Below, in pieces: positions 40,426-54,268 of a DNA stretch of 64,000 nucleotides. Source of the DNA: Octopus sinensis. Lineage: Eukaryota. The stretch lies in NCBI RefSeq assembly GCF_006345805.1, contig NC_043001.1:110546001-110610000 (forward strand). Direction: 5' to 3'. The notes below the pieces were generated by a model, which searched no databases, had not been told where the DNA came from, and was given only the letters and a program-made list of their open reading frames with translations. The position numbers were made by a program, and so were the translations under genes. Within the stretch, counting starts at the first letter, position 1. Each line of letters opens with the position of its first letter.

Positions 40426-41455
40426 TGTGTGGGTGTGTGTGTGTGTGTATGATAGACAGATAGATAGATAGAATGTATGTATTTACCAACGGCGGTATGC
40501 TGAAAACTTAAGTGAGTTTCTCCTTAGTTTTCCTCGAGTACGATTGAACTGGTTTTGGACTTCAATAGCAAAAACAAGAGCATGCATATGTTTTCTCTTT
40601 TTCGTCATATTAACGTCATGGGATACATTACTAAGTGTTGGCGTAATATTGTTCTCTTTGTTATATACTCCTTTTACATACTCTATATACATGTATATTA
40701 TCTCTTCGTTTTTGTTTATATAAATCTGGAGTATTTAATGAGCATGCTTGTAAATGATATGCAAAAAACTGAAACTTATAAAATATTTATATCTTAAAAG
40801 GATAAAGAAAAAAAACAGCGAAGTAACCGTTGCACATTTATGATGCAGCGGAAAAAGAATATAGAAAGAATATAGAAATTTTTTTAAAATATAAAACAAG
40901 TATTGGAGATGTATTTTCAAAGGAACCTATAATAATATAAATGTAAAATTTATAAATTTTGTTTACCCTTTCATTGTCAATCACTCCAACTGTATATGAC
41001 GTTGGGAAAATTTTAAATGTCTTCCAAATTAGCGATAGATCGTTCATTGCGGACTAAAATTATTAATGCTGTTGTCAAAACCAATAGAAGTTAAGCTACA
41101 TTCTACACGTTTTTAAAGGAACGTCTTTAGAATTATATATAATACTTGTCAAGGAAAACAATCGGGTTAACTTTGGAATTTTCTTGTTTCTGGGGGACGT
41201 AAGTATTCTACTACAAATGTGGGAAATTCTGTCTGAGGGTGCGTCTGTGAAGTTGTTAGCTAACTGCTCCTACATCGTTTTATCCATTTTTATGAAACTT
41301 AACACGTGCGTAGAACTCCTATCTGGAAATGGCATGGCATATTCATATTGTTGAAAAAGTCGATAATAAGGCCCCTGAAAGGGATCCTTATATATATGTA
41401 ATATATTTTATTTTAAAAAACCGTTCGAACTAGAAGTGACCCTTATATATATATA

Positions 41456-41495
<40 letters not shown>

Positions 41496-41858
41496 CCAAG
41501 GGAATAATCCATTCATTTTCCTAAATTATTTGGAAAAAATGAAATTGAGTTTGCTTATTTCTTAGTATTTGAACTGTTAGAGTTATTTTCGCAATTTAAC
41601 CCGTAGAATCCTCAACTTACTGAAATTGAAAAGAAAATTGCTAGTTCGCGCTTTGAAATTTACCGTTGTAAATTAGAAACATGAAACTAATACAGATATT
41701 AAACATAATATATGTGCGTGCGTGTACGAGAATGTGAATGTGAGTATGTCTACATGCGGGTATGTAGGTACTCTTTATATGTACATTGGAAAATCCAACC
41801 ATTATCTTTCCTAAGCTAACGATTAGGAACACCAGTTCATTGAAAGATCTAACCCTTA

Positions 41859-41969
<111 letters not shown>

Positions 41970-42254
41970 GTATGTAAATATGTTAATTTAAGATAAGGTA
42001 GGGTATATAATGCCACTTGCTAAAAACAGAGCCATTGCTCCAAAGGCCACCATAAAAATTACGATAAAGATACAAACGTGCAATGCAGTGAACCTTTCAG
42101 AAACAGACTTACCTTTGCTTTCAATACATCAATAAATAATGCATATTTCAACACCAATCGATTTCACGCTTTGCATGACAAACATGCTTTGCGTTCGTCA
42201 GTTTAAAACAACATTTAACATCTATATCTCTCTCTATATATATTTATGTGATTT

Positions 42255-42450
42255 GGTCTGTGTTTGTCCTCTCTACCATCACTTGACAAACGATGTTGGT
42301 GTGTTTACGCCTCCGTAATACTGCGGCTCGGCAGTAAGGCCGATATAATAATCACCACGCTTACAAGGAATAATAATACCAGGGGTCGATTTCTTCGACT
42401 AAAAGGCGGTGCTCCAGCATAGCCACAATCAAATGACTGGAACAAATAAG
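42255..42450 (+). mobile_element. SINE family A, 3' half
   Basis: CTTGACAAACGATGTTGGTGTGTTTACG...GGGGTCGATTT...AAAGGCGGTGCTCCAGCAT. Confidence 0.8.
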
Positions 42451-42732
42451 AGAAAAATATGATACGAGGTAATAGGGCTTTATAGTTCAAGAATGTTGAC
42501 CTTTAAGATATAGGTAGTTATGCATTTTTGAATAAGTATGTAGATGAATTAGGGCCCATATGCATACGTATGTCTGTATATATGGTATGCATCGATCTCG
42601 AGAGAAAGAAAAACGGAATAGACAATAGCAGCAATATAAACACTGCATTCTCTGAGGTATGACGTCTATCGCAATCTCTTATACATGGTGCCAAGTAGAG
42701 AACTTTGCTAAATAATTATAACCGGTTTCAGC

Positions 42733-42818
42733 CTGGGCAAGTGTCTTCTACTATAGCCTCAGGTCGACCAAAGCCTTGTGAGTGGATTTGGTAGACAGAA
42801 ACTGAAAGGAGACCGTCG

Positions 42819-42856
<38 letters not shown>

Positions 42857-43065
42857 TACATATGTATGTGTGTGTATGTTTGTGCATCTGTATCTGTCCC
42901 CCAACCGATGCTGGTGTGTTTACATCACCGTAGCATAGCGGTTCGGTGAAAGAGACCGATGGAATAAGTACTAAGCTTACAAAGAATAAGTCCTGGGATC
43001 GATTTGCTCGACTAAAGGCGTGCTCCAGCATGGCCTCAGTCAAATGATTGAAACAAGTGAAAGAG
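42733..43065 (+). mobile_element. SINE family A, 5'-truncated
   Basis: GGGCAAGTGTCTTCTACTATAGCC...AAAGCCTTGTGAGTGGATTTGGTAGAC...(TA)n...tail. Confidence 0.85.
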
Positions 43066-43207
43066 TACTTATAGAGAATTAGAAATTAGAGGCGTAAGAA
43101 AGAAAATTGGAAACAACAATGAAGAAACTAACGACACGGACAATTCATATTTTAGCAGGAGTGACAAAATAATGAAGTACGGGTCAGAATTCAGCGATAT
43201 CAAGTAT

Positions 43208-43813
43208 TCTTTTCTACTCTTGGTACAAGGCCCGAAATATTTGGGGATGGTCCATTCGATTAAATCTACCCCAGTACGCAATTGTTACTTAATTCATCGA
43301 CCTCGGAAGCATGAAAGGCAAACTCGACCTCGGCGGAATTTGAACTCAGAACGTAAAGACAGACAAAATAGAGCTAAGCATTTCGCCCGGCGTGCTAAGG
43401 TTTTTTTAAAAATTTCTTTATTGCTCACAAGTGGCTAAACATAGAAGGGACAAACAAGGACAAACAAAAGGATTAAGTCGATTATATCGATATCAGTACT
43501 TATTTAATCGACCCCGAAAGGATGAAAGGCAAAGTCGACCTCGGCAGAATTTGAACTCAGAACGTAGCGACAAACGAAATACCTATTTCTTTACTACCAA
43601 CAAGGGGCTAATCACAGAGAGGACAAACAAGGACAGACAAACGGATTAAGTCGATTACATCGACCCCAGTGCGTAACTGATACTTAATTTATCAACCTCA
43701 AAAGGTTGCAAGGCAAAGTAGACCTCTGCGGAATTTGAACTCAGACCCTGACGGCAGACGAAATACCGCTAAGCATTTCGCCCGCCGTGCTAACGTTTCT
43801 GCCAGCTCGCCGC
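43208..43813 (-). mobile_element. Tandem trimer of SINE family B units
   Basis: Three repeats of ...GAAAGGCAAA(C/G)T(C/A)GACCTC..CGG/AGAATTTGAACTCAGA; only the rightmost unit keeps the head (GCCAGCTCGCCGC). Confidence 0.88.
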
Positions 43814-44508
43814 ATTCAACGATATCAGATATTATACATCATTCAACAACAGGTTGATATACGTCGAGTGTGATGGAGAAAAGACTTGGTAAGCAAGCTG
43901 TATAAGTCGAAAAATAGTTTGTTTATATGTGAGTGCATACTTGTGTAGGCGTGTACTTGTATGTCTTATATAATTAAAAAAATCTGAATGAATTTCCTGA
44001 AATATTCGTATCGAATGAACAAATTTCAAGGGTCACGCGGTACAATTATTCATCATTACTACTTATGTTGAAATCTTGCTAGCATTGCGTTTGGTTCTGA
44101 TCAGGATGTTTATATATTTATTATATGTATGTATTACGTATGTTTGTATAAATATGTGTGTGCGAAAACGTGTGTGTGTGAGTATGTACCCGTGAGCATG
44201 TTGTATATGTTTGTTCGTAAATGTTCTTGTACAATTTATTATGTGTATAATTATATCACACTCGCATATATTAGTGCTTGTGTGAGTGTATGTATGTGTG
44301 TTTATGTATGTGTGTCTGTGTATCTGTCAACACGTATATTCCTCAGAGGTAGTATTAGTACCAATTCCGTAAACTTATACACACGCAAACGCGCACAAAC
44401 TCACTCATGTACATATTATTTCATATCTATATAATACACATGATAAATATATATGTATAATGCTGTACGTAGTTTATCTATCTATCTATCTTTCTATATC
44501 TATCTACC

Positions 44509-44552
<44 letters not shown>

Positions 44553-45383
44553 CAACCATCTATATTTGTATACACACACGCACACACACATATATATGCA
44601 TGTTTGTACACACACACACACGCACATATATATATATCGACACACATCATTTATACACATATATATAATGTATCTGTGTATAATACATGTATATATGCAT
44701 GCATATAAATATATGTATATACATCTCTCTCTCTCTATATATATATATATAGATATATATATATAAATATAAATATATATATATGCACATATGAGTGCGT
44801 GTATATATATGTATATATATATATGTATATATTTGTGTCTGTGTTAGTGTGTATGTACGTATATATGAGTGTGTTGTGTGTGTGTGTATATATATATATA
44901 TAAGACTTTACTAGATTACTAGAAAGAAATGACAAACAGAAAGAAAAATAGGAGGAGAGAGCCTGGCACACAGAAAGAATGCCTGGGGTGAGAGATGGTA
45001 ATAGGGAGACCTAAGAATGTGGTGTGGTAGGAAATGTAAATTATTTGGAAATTCAATCGCTATTTGCCCACGATGTGGAGAAGCATTCCCGCGAGTGTAA
45101 TTATTCTTCAAGCACAGTATAGTTTTCATGTAGATTATGTTGGAGTATAGAACAAATAAATAAGTAGAGAAATATAGTTAAGACGGAATCTGAATGCAAG
45201 AAAAAAAAAAGCAAAAGAAAAGTGGAACATAAAAGCATATCAAATGGTTTCTAATTTAACCGAGCGAACACTAAAACTTTCAGAAAATTATAGTTTTTAT
45301 TTATTTGTTCTCAGCGAAACATATCTGCCTGTTTGTCTGTCACTCTATCTATCAATCTGCTTTGTCCATCTATCTTTGTATCA

Positions 45384-45459
<76 letters not shown>

Positions 45460-45481
45460 CTCTATTTATCTATCTATCTAA

Positions 45482-45561
<80 letters not shown>

Positions 45562-45574
45562 GTATGTATGTATG

Positions 45575-45631
<57 letters not shown>

Positions 45632-45664
45632 GTCTGTCTGTCTCTCTGTCTCTCTGTCTCTTTG

Positions 45665-45690
<26 letters not shown>
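45384..45690. repeat. Long (TATC)n tetranucleotide microsatellite
   Basis: Direct inspection; it produces the SIYL-repeat ORFs in the track. Confidence 0.95.
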
Positions 45691-45695
<5 letters not shown>

Positions 45696-46067
45696 CTTCG
45701 CCATCGCCTTCACCATCTCTGTGCCTACTATAACCCCCACCTCAGCACGAAGAAGTGTCATCTCATTGAATAGCGAGAGAGAGGGAGTCGAAGTGTGACA
45801 CGCTGACACACATACACATATATATATATAGATATAAATATCTATCTATCTATCTATATACCGGAGTAAATACATAAATGTGAAACAAGGTGGAAAAAAG
45901 TGTACTCAAATACCAGTAGAGTAATATGCTTTATTTAAAGCAGCAGAAAAATTCAACAAAACATGTCACTCTGAGTTTCCCGTTGCCGTTCATCGGTGTA
46001 TATCGTGTGTACCGTTGGCGATTTTTTTCCCTCTGTCTTCCTTTCTCTGGATCTTTCCTTCTCCTAT

Positions 46068-46102
46068 GTTTCCGACGAAGAGCTCCGCTCTAAACGTTAA
46101 AC
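46068..46102 (+). ncRNA. Minimal hammerhead-like motif, decayed
   Basis: GTTT-CCGACGA-A-GAGC(TCC)GCTC-TAAA-CGT-T-AAAC; stems intact, but G12 reads T and U4 reads C. Confidence 0.45.
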
Positions 46103-46198
46103 CCTCCTTCTTTCCTTCTTTCCTGAGCGTCCAATTATACTATATTTGTTCCACGTCCTCGCGTTTGTCGTGTTTTTTTTGTACTTTCTTGTTTGGAT

Positions 46199-46272
<74 letters not shown>

Positions 46273-46285
46273 CATATATATATAT

Positions 46286-46348
<63 letters not shown>

Positions 46349-47133
46349 TTATGTATGTATGCATGTATGCGCAACATAAAAATTGAATAATTTCCAAGGT
46401 GAAACCCTGTTTAATCCTCTTCAGTTGAAAAGTATTGCCAATTTACATGGGACATAGATCATCAAAGTATTGTTTTGCATTGAAATTGAAATCACATTTG
46501 TTTGACAACCGATGATCGGATGAGCGAGACTTCAACAGTTGAGTGAGTTCTTTTCCGATTTTAACCTAGTTTGTTTACCCTAAGTTCTGTTGATGTCTCT
46601 TTGGCGTACAAGTTCAGCATTATTTCTCCTTGGTTTATTCTGTCTAATTTTGTTCTCTGTTCATTTCCTATTTTTTGTTCCGTTAAAGATAATGTTCACG
46701 ATTTACTGTATAATCATTAATGGCAACTGATGCTGCTCTTTATAGAGTATTACTGTTTCAGAACAAAGTTTTTCAAGAATGGTCTTATATACATTCACTG
46801 AATTTCTCTCTACTAGGAAATGCATTGTAAATTCAAACAATGCCTTTAATATACATGTGTCGTAAAATTTAAAATTAAATCATATTAGACTTTTCAAAAT
46901 ATCCCTTGTTTGATATCCGATAGACTTCAATAAATTTAATGCTAAAAGTATGCGTATATATATATATATACATATGCATATACATAAATATATATATATA
47001 TATAACGGGAAGCTTTATGAAAATAGACAAAAGACGAAGGCAGCTTTACGGAAATAAACAAAAGACGAAGGCAGGTGGAATACAAACAAACAATTGTATT
47101 AGTATGGCACTCAGGAAATATAAATAAAACAAG

Positions 47134-47171
47134 TCTTTAACGTTTCGAGCCTACGCTCTTCAACAGAAAGA
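47134..47171 (-). ncRNA. Minimal hammerhead-like motif (Penelope-type tail), variant core
   Basis: Reverse strand TCTTT-CTGTTGA-A-GAGC(GTAG)GCTC-GAAA-CGT-T-AAAGA: 5-bp stem I, 4-bp stem II, palindromic ACGT stem III. Confidence 0.55.
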
Positions 47172-47949
47172 TACACAGAGAAAAAACACAGAAAGGAGAG
47201 AAAAAAATGCGTGCAGAGGCTAGCGAATCAACATGGCGATATATAATAAATATATATATATACTCTCTTTTACTCTTTTACTCTTTTACTTGTTTCAAAC
47301 TATATATATATATATTATAAATATGAATTATAACGTGTTAATCCCAGCTCGGGTGGATCTAATATATAACATGTTTCTACTTCCAAATCGTTTCTAGATG
47401 ACTGGGAATATCTGAAGTAATTTAGTTCTGATTACATGTCTAATTATTAGTGCAAACAGAACTTGTCAAATTATATGGAGATTTGTTAAGTAAATTCTGA
47501 AACTACAGGTCTGCGAAAGCAGTTAGTTTTCGTACTACTAATTGCTTATTAATTTCAGATGCACATACGTACTATTATTTTCACCTCTAATCAACTCTAC
47601 TAAATTAAGCATCTGGAAGGGCCTGTTACCTTGCATGCCAGATTGTTGCATGTATTATTATGTTTATAGGTGAAATACGTAAAGGATTAAAAGCGACTTC
47701 GAAGTAGTCAGATTTCTAATATATCATGCGTGTAATGCTTTACGATGATGCTTGCTAGAGACGTTTCATAACACTATTTCAGATATAATAAAAAGTTTAA
47801 TATGGGTAATGGTATCTCAAACTGAATGTTTGGTTTTAGCAATGTTTTACAAATCGTCATATGTACCGTAACATAATATGTGTGTGTGCGTGTGTGTGTG
47901 GTTGTGTGTCTGTGTTCTGTATGTACGAAGGGTATGGATTAATGATTAC

Positions 47950-48120
47950 GGTGCTGCACACATGATCGTAAGTTGCGGTTTCGATTTCTGGATTGGGCAA
48001 TGCGTTGTATTCTTGAGCAAATTACTTCATTTCACGTTGTCCCAGTTCACTCAAGTGGCAAAAATGAAACGAACCGGAGCCACGGATACCGGAAAAACCT
48101 TAAAAAGCTACATAACTCGG
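47950..48120 (+). mobile_element. Degenerate SINE family C head and core
   Basis: CATGATCGTAAG...GGTTTCGATTTC...TTCTTGAGCAAATTACTTCATTTCACGTTGTCCCAGTTCACTCA. Confidence 0.65.
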
Positions 48121-48688
48121 AAAGTGTATTTATCCATTAGCTTATATATATATATATAATATTAGGGAATATAACTCCAAACTTACAGGGAAAAATTCAA
48201 TTTAGTATAAAATCAAATTTAACAATATAAATATATAATATATATAAATTACAGAAAAACCACTATTATGCAATTCAAACAAAGTTAAGCATAAACCTAA
48301 TCATATATACATAATAAAATATATTTTAAAACATAACTAGATCACAAAAAGTACAATAATGAATAAACAATATATAATAAGTAAAAAGAACTACGTACGT
48401 TTATAATTTTAATTCGAATTACAATTAAATTTAAATTTAATCGAAAAACAATTCAATTAACATTTTTGTCACTCCTAAGGCTAATAATGATATCAATAAT
48501 AGTTAAATAGATAAGCAAATAGAATTATCATTTAAAATATTGTGTTGTAATACTTTGATTAATTTCTCCAATGTCAAATATATCAAGTGTGAGGCAGTTC
48601 AAGCTATAAATTTGTCCGTTTAACATAATTCAAAGGAAAATAGATTCGAATGTGAAAACATATTTAAAGGAATTATATATATGTATGT

Positions 48689-48740
<52 letters not shown>

Positions 48741-48744
48741 GATA

Positions 48745-48832
48745 AGCGGAGGAGTGGCTGTGTCGTAAGTAGCTTGCTTACCATTGAGATGGTCCTGGGC
48801 TCAGTCCCACTGCATGGCACCTGCTATAGTTG

Positions 48833-48866
<34 letters not shown>

Positions 48867-49096
48867 CTGTGTCTGTGTCTGTGTATGTTTGTGTGTCTGT
48901 GTTTGTCTCCCCAACATCTCTTGACAACCGACGCCGGTGTGTTTCCGTCGCCGTACCTAGCGGTTCGACTAAAGAGATCGATAGAATAAGTACTAGGATT
49001 ACAAAGAATATGCTCTGGTGCTGATTAACTCGCCTGAAGGCGGTGCTCCAATATGGCCGCAGTAAAATGACTGAAACAAGTGAAAGAATAAAAGAG
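48745..49096 (+). mobile_element. SINE family A with an internal deletion
   Basis: Head GGAGTGGCTGTGTCGTAAGTAGCTTGCTT and tail AAGGCGGTGCTCCAATATGGCCGCAG...GAAACAAG. Confidence 0.85.
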
Positions 49097-49119
49097 TCTG
49101 TGTGTGCGTGTGTACGAGC

Positions 49120-49154
<35 letters not shown>

Positions 49155-49658
49155 TGTGTGTGTGTGTATGGTGGTCGCATGTATGTGTGTGTACTTGTAT
49201 GTGAGAAAGAGAGAGAGAGAGAATTTGCCTGTGTGTATGTGTATGTATACTGAAGTGTTGGCAAATTTACACATGTAATTCCTTAGATAGAGCAGACGAA
49301 AAACAGACGCTAAGATATAGATAAATACATATTTAATTTGATCCAATAAATTGTGAAACTTAACTACATATATTTTATTGCCTGCTGTATATTATGTATT
49401 AATAAAATGAATATAATTTTACTTATCTCTTACTACTAACGTTGGGGAACACATCAGATTAAACAACTAAAAGAAATTTAAATAATTTGCTACTAAAAAT
49501 AAGAAACAGTGAAAGGAGACGATAAATCTGTCCAGACCGATCTATGAATACGCTGCCCCAGATTTGTTTGACCTCTCTATTATCAAGGGTATAGAGTAAC
49601 CTAAATATATTGATGAACAATGGAAGTGCTTTCTGGATACCAATTGCATACATAAGAC

Positions 49659-49691
<33 letters not shown>

Positions 49692-49714
49692 TGTATGTAT
49701 GTATGTGCATGTAT

Positions 49715-49754
<40 letters not shown>

Positions 49755-52700
49755 ACATACATATACATATATTTATATATATAAGATAACGAAGGCAGTG
49801 ATATATATAGCATATACGTTTATGTGTCTGTGTATCTGTGTCTTTCCGTCTGTGTATACGTGTTGTCTGTCTGTATGTCTGTCTCTGTCTTTCTCTCTTT
49901 CTCTCTATCTCCCTCTCTCTCTCCCCCATTCTCTCTCTCTCTCTCCCCCATTCTCTCTCTCTCTCCCCCATTCTCTCTCTCTCTCCTCCATTCTCTCTCT
50001 CTCTGTATATATATATGTGTCTGTTTAGACGTAAAATATACACGCATGCGTATGCATATATCTCAGTCTGTATACGTAAGGACTTATACAACACTGATAT
50101 GTCTACGTGCCTAAATATGCGTATAATAACAGACTCTTCTCTATATGTGCGTGTATATGTACATGTATGTATACGTAGCCAACAACGGTTTTAGAAGTAA
50201 CCGAGTACCGTGTCTCCCCTGTGACAGAAATTGGATCCTCTAGACTTAAATGTGCTTAAAATGCAGTGAATATGACAATCCGTGCCAGCATTCATGAACC
50301 GGCTTCGTAGAGTACAGCAAGCTTTTTCTAAAACGGCACTTACAGCAAGAGTTGTAGCAGAAATCATTCTTATGTGCTCAAATGAAATGGATCAAGTTGT
50401 GATCAGAATTATTAAGACCAGAGACGGCTACGATACTAATAATAAAGTATATAAACTCTAAAGATCTTATCTTCTTACGATACACGACCGTTCTCAGAAG
50501 AATCAGACAAAAGGTAAAATGTAAAATGATGAATCAAAGACAAAAGCACACTACCTCTCCTCGTATATATTTTAAAAAGAATTCAGTCAAGTTGGTATGG
50601 TTTTGATGGCGAAGAAATAAACGTCAATGTAACGGTATTCTAGAATGTTTCTTTATAAGCATCGGTTTACAAGCATTTTTGTCTTGAGTGTGAGTGAAAA
50701 ATAATGAATCGCAACCTATAAAGCAATTATAGGTTATGTCGTGACATATGAATCTAAGTATGGCAAAAACTAATGTACTTCATGAAATGATTAAGAAATT
50801 AGTCGGCCATCGCAAAATTTATTTGAGTATTATAGACTAATACCAAATTGCAGTGGAAAAATATAAGAACTAGTAGTGCCTAGAAGAATTTTCCGAGCAA
50901 CAATTAATACATTTGAATATTTCTGATGGCAAAACGATTTAGAGTTAGGAAACAATTCTTTGCAATGACGAAACAATGAATATGGAACCGAGGACATCTA
51001 AGCCGAAAACGCTTCAACAGAATAGAATGCAATGTAACACGAATATATTTATTGCAAACATTCAATTAATGACGGAAGTCAATGACAAATATCACAAATT
51101 GATACTACGATGCAAGCTTCAAACCGAGTAGCATAAAGGAAAGAAATGATTCACGTGTAGAAACCAAACTAGAACTTTATAATTTCAGTCTAATATTACT
51201 AAATCGCAGTTTCAAAAGTCTGCCGCTGTTTCTATTTTGTATTGTATTAACACTGTTAGAATGTGTTCTATATATATTGTCATCAATATCAACCGTACTG
51301 CGATGATGGAAGTGTAAGGATATTACAGTTTTGCAACGAAATATATAGTTCAGTCCCATTCCGTAACACACTAGCAAAGTGTATCCTACAATGGTTTCAG
51401 TAAAGCAGGGCCTGGTAGTGAATTTGGTCGACTGAAATTGTGTGGAAGTCTATATATATATATTTTCACTCTATGAAAACTGGGAAAGGACCACAACCAG
51501 TCACAAGTTATTCACATAAAAACTGGAGAGCAAAACTTACATACGTTTGGAGGAAAGTTTCGTGACTTGCAAATGATCTAAGTGCTTAAATCGATAAAAT
51601 ATATCACAAATATCGAGAATTCCCAAAAGATGTTTTGAGTCAATGTATTCTAAAAGTGAAGTGACATTGTGTGTGTGTGTATGTGTGTGAGCAGGTATAC
51701 ATATTTGAAAGTATGGGTATATTTGCATTGATCCAGAAGCCGAATGACTGCAAGTGTCCCAGTAATTGAGTCATCAGACAAAGAGACCAATTGAATATGT
51801 ACCAGGCATAAAAAAGGAATAATTGTAGGAGTCAATTCCTTCGATTAAACGCCGTTTAAAGTCCTGCCCCAGCAAAGAACGTCTCAGCCCAATGAATGAA
51901 GACAGTAAAAACGTAAGGTCTATAAAATCTATTGTTTTCATTCAGGTGTAAGGACTCACTGAACTTAGAAAGGTCTACATCTAAAGAGTAGAGAAACAAC
52001 ACATTTTCTAGTTAAGTTTTGGTGAAAGGGCGAAAGAAGACGTAATTCTGCTTGACAAACGATAAAAAGCAGAAATATATACAAGAAGAAATAGCAAAAT
52101 AGGAGGGGATAAGACCGAATGAAAGACGATATCTGTTTTGGTCAGTGCGATACGAAAAACAATATATTTTAATTAGTGATGCAGACCGTGTATAATAATT
52201 ATTATAATTCCTCAGTTAAGGCCTTACATATTAATGTGGTTCTAAAAATTGGGGTGATCTAAAATTGTTAAGGAGACCATCATTCTCTTCCTCCAGTTCT
52301 TGTCACATTTCATATCCGTCTAATACCACAGGCGTCAACTGTCAGACATTTAACCCCGAATTAGTCTCACAGCCAAGAGCCTGAATGCATATTTGTCAAA
52401 TTAGCGTCATTTAATTTTTATGTATATTTATAATTAATTACTTAAACCGTGCCGAAAAATAGAAGTAATTATATCTCTCTAGAAAGTGCAAAAAATTGTT
52501 AAAAAATAGGAAAACGTTAAACATTAAAATAATTTTAAAAAAACGAACAGTGAAAAAGCAAAACTGGGAAAGGGCTATAACCGACCACAATTTATCCACA
52601 TAAAAGTTTGTGAGGTGAAATATCATGTCTAAGTGCTTCAATCGATAAAATACATCACAGACTGTATAGACTTTGGGGTTTCACAAAATACGTTTTGGAT

Positions 52701-52881
52701 CTTGATATTTTAAAAGTGAAGAGAGTTAGAAACAAACGTGTGAAACTAGCATAAATCGAGCTCTTAAAATGGACTTACTGCTCTGCAGCATCTTTTCCCA
52801 GAGCATACCAAGACTCGAACTCAATATGGCATAAGACGGGGATTTTATTTCCCAGAGTGTTTCACTGCTTCATTGCAATAT

Positions 52882-54268
52882 CTATATTGGTAACTGAATT
52901 GGTAAGGAAAAGAACACGAAGTAGAGATTAAAATTGATATTTTTCTCATATACGTTCCATCTACTGATGACATTAGTCTTGTGGAAGGAGTTCCCATCAA
53001 ACTCAGGAATTTGACGAGGAATGAATATGAAAAACAAAGTGAAATGATGTTAGAAATATCGATTTCTATGGATAAATGATTTTGATAAGAAAATTGAGAG
53101 AAAACTTCTTTCAAATATTAAACAAATCGTCGTCCTCAACTTATACACTAAACAAGGAAGGAAAGAAAATATGATGTCAGGTCTTTGGAAGTGTAAGATC
53201 TATTTTTAAACAGAACATTTAACCTTATCCTTAAAGAACAATTTTTTTATCAATTCATTTTATCGTAATTTCCTATGAAGCAAAAAACAACGACCCTGAC
53301 AAAATTGAAAGATTCAAGCTAAAACTTGCTCCAAATATTTACGTTGGCAATAATGTGGAACACAATAAATCCGACGAAGAGATCTGAAAACAAACAGTTT
53401 GAGGAATGATTTCATATAAATTTTAGTCTGTTCCACAGATTTAATTTTTCGACAGTTTCTACGTTGAGCTTGCGTTACATGACGCATGTAGTTGTGATGA
53501 CAGCTAGCGGCTCCTTTACTCTGTCGACTCCACGCTGTGGACCAATAATATAAGCACACGTACAATGATCTTGTGACTGCCAAATTAAACACAAGACCTT
53601 GTTAACACTGAGGTAGCTGAATGGATAATGATATTCGATACAAAAAAAAACATTATGATTGAAGTAAAATGTATTTACTATGGCCTTTTGGTTATAAGAA
53701 ACTAGCAATAAAAAAAGGGGTCTCAAATATTTGTATAAGTGTATATAAAAGTCAGTTGGAGACAATTATAAACAGCTTCACGAAATCATGGGAGACCGTA
53801 AAGTGAAAATATATAGTAATATCGTAATGAAGAAAAACGAATACTAGGAAATAAAATATTCACTTGTACATTCTGCATCAATCACCCGGGGTAGGTTGAG
53901 CTAACTCCGACCAGCGAGTTCAACATCTTCCTTACGAATGCTAACCTCATCCGGCAGTCGGCTGCAGTCGAATTTGTAATGCACTGAGTTTGTGTGAAGT
54001 CTTGCAAACAAGGCATCACACAAAATTTTAATATTTGAAGTAATTTCTTTCTCAATTGTGTTATCAAAATCATTCATCCATAGAAATCGATATTTCTAAC
54101 ATCACTCCAGTTTGTTTTTTCCTATTCCTTCCACGTAAAATTCTTGAGTTTGGTGAGAACTCCTTCCATAAATCTAATGTCATCAGTAGATGGAACGTAT
54201 ATGAGAAAAATCTAAATTTTAGTTCTTACTTCCTGTTCTTATCCTTACCAATTCAGTTACCAATATAG
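52882..54268. repeat. Diverged ~240-bp inverted repeat (arms 52882-53122 and 54027-54268)
   Basis: e.g. CTCATATACGTTCCATCTACTGATGACATTAG vs CTAATGTCATCAGTAGATGGAACGTATATGAG; spacer ~900 bp. Confidence 0.9.

Noticed and set aside
41140-41400. Segment resembling Helentron/HINE-type non-autonomous repeats (CTCCTAC...ATGAAACTT)
   Set aside because: The resemblance is only from memory of a short motif; no termini or second copy in the window.
45961-46000. Minus-strand CCGATGA-ACG(GCAA)CGG-GAAACTCAGAGT hammerhead-like motif
   Set aside because: The cleavage position is G and stem I does not form; too degenerate to call.
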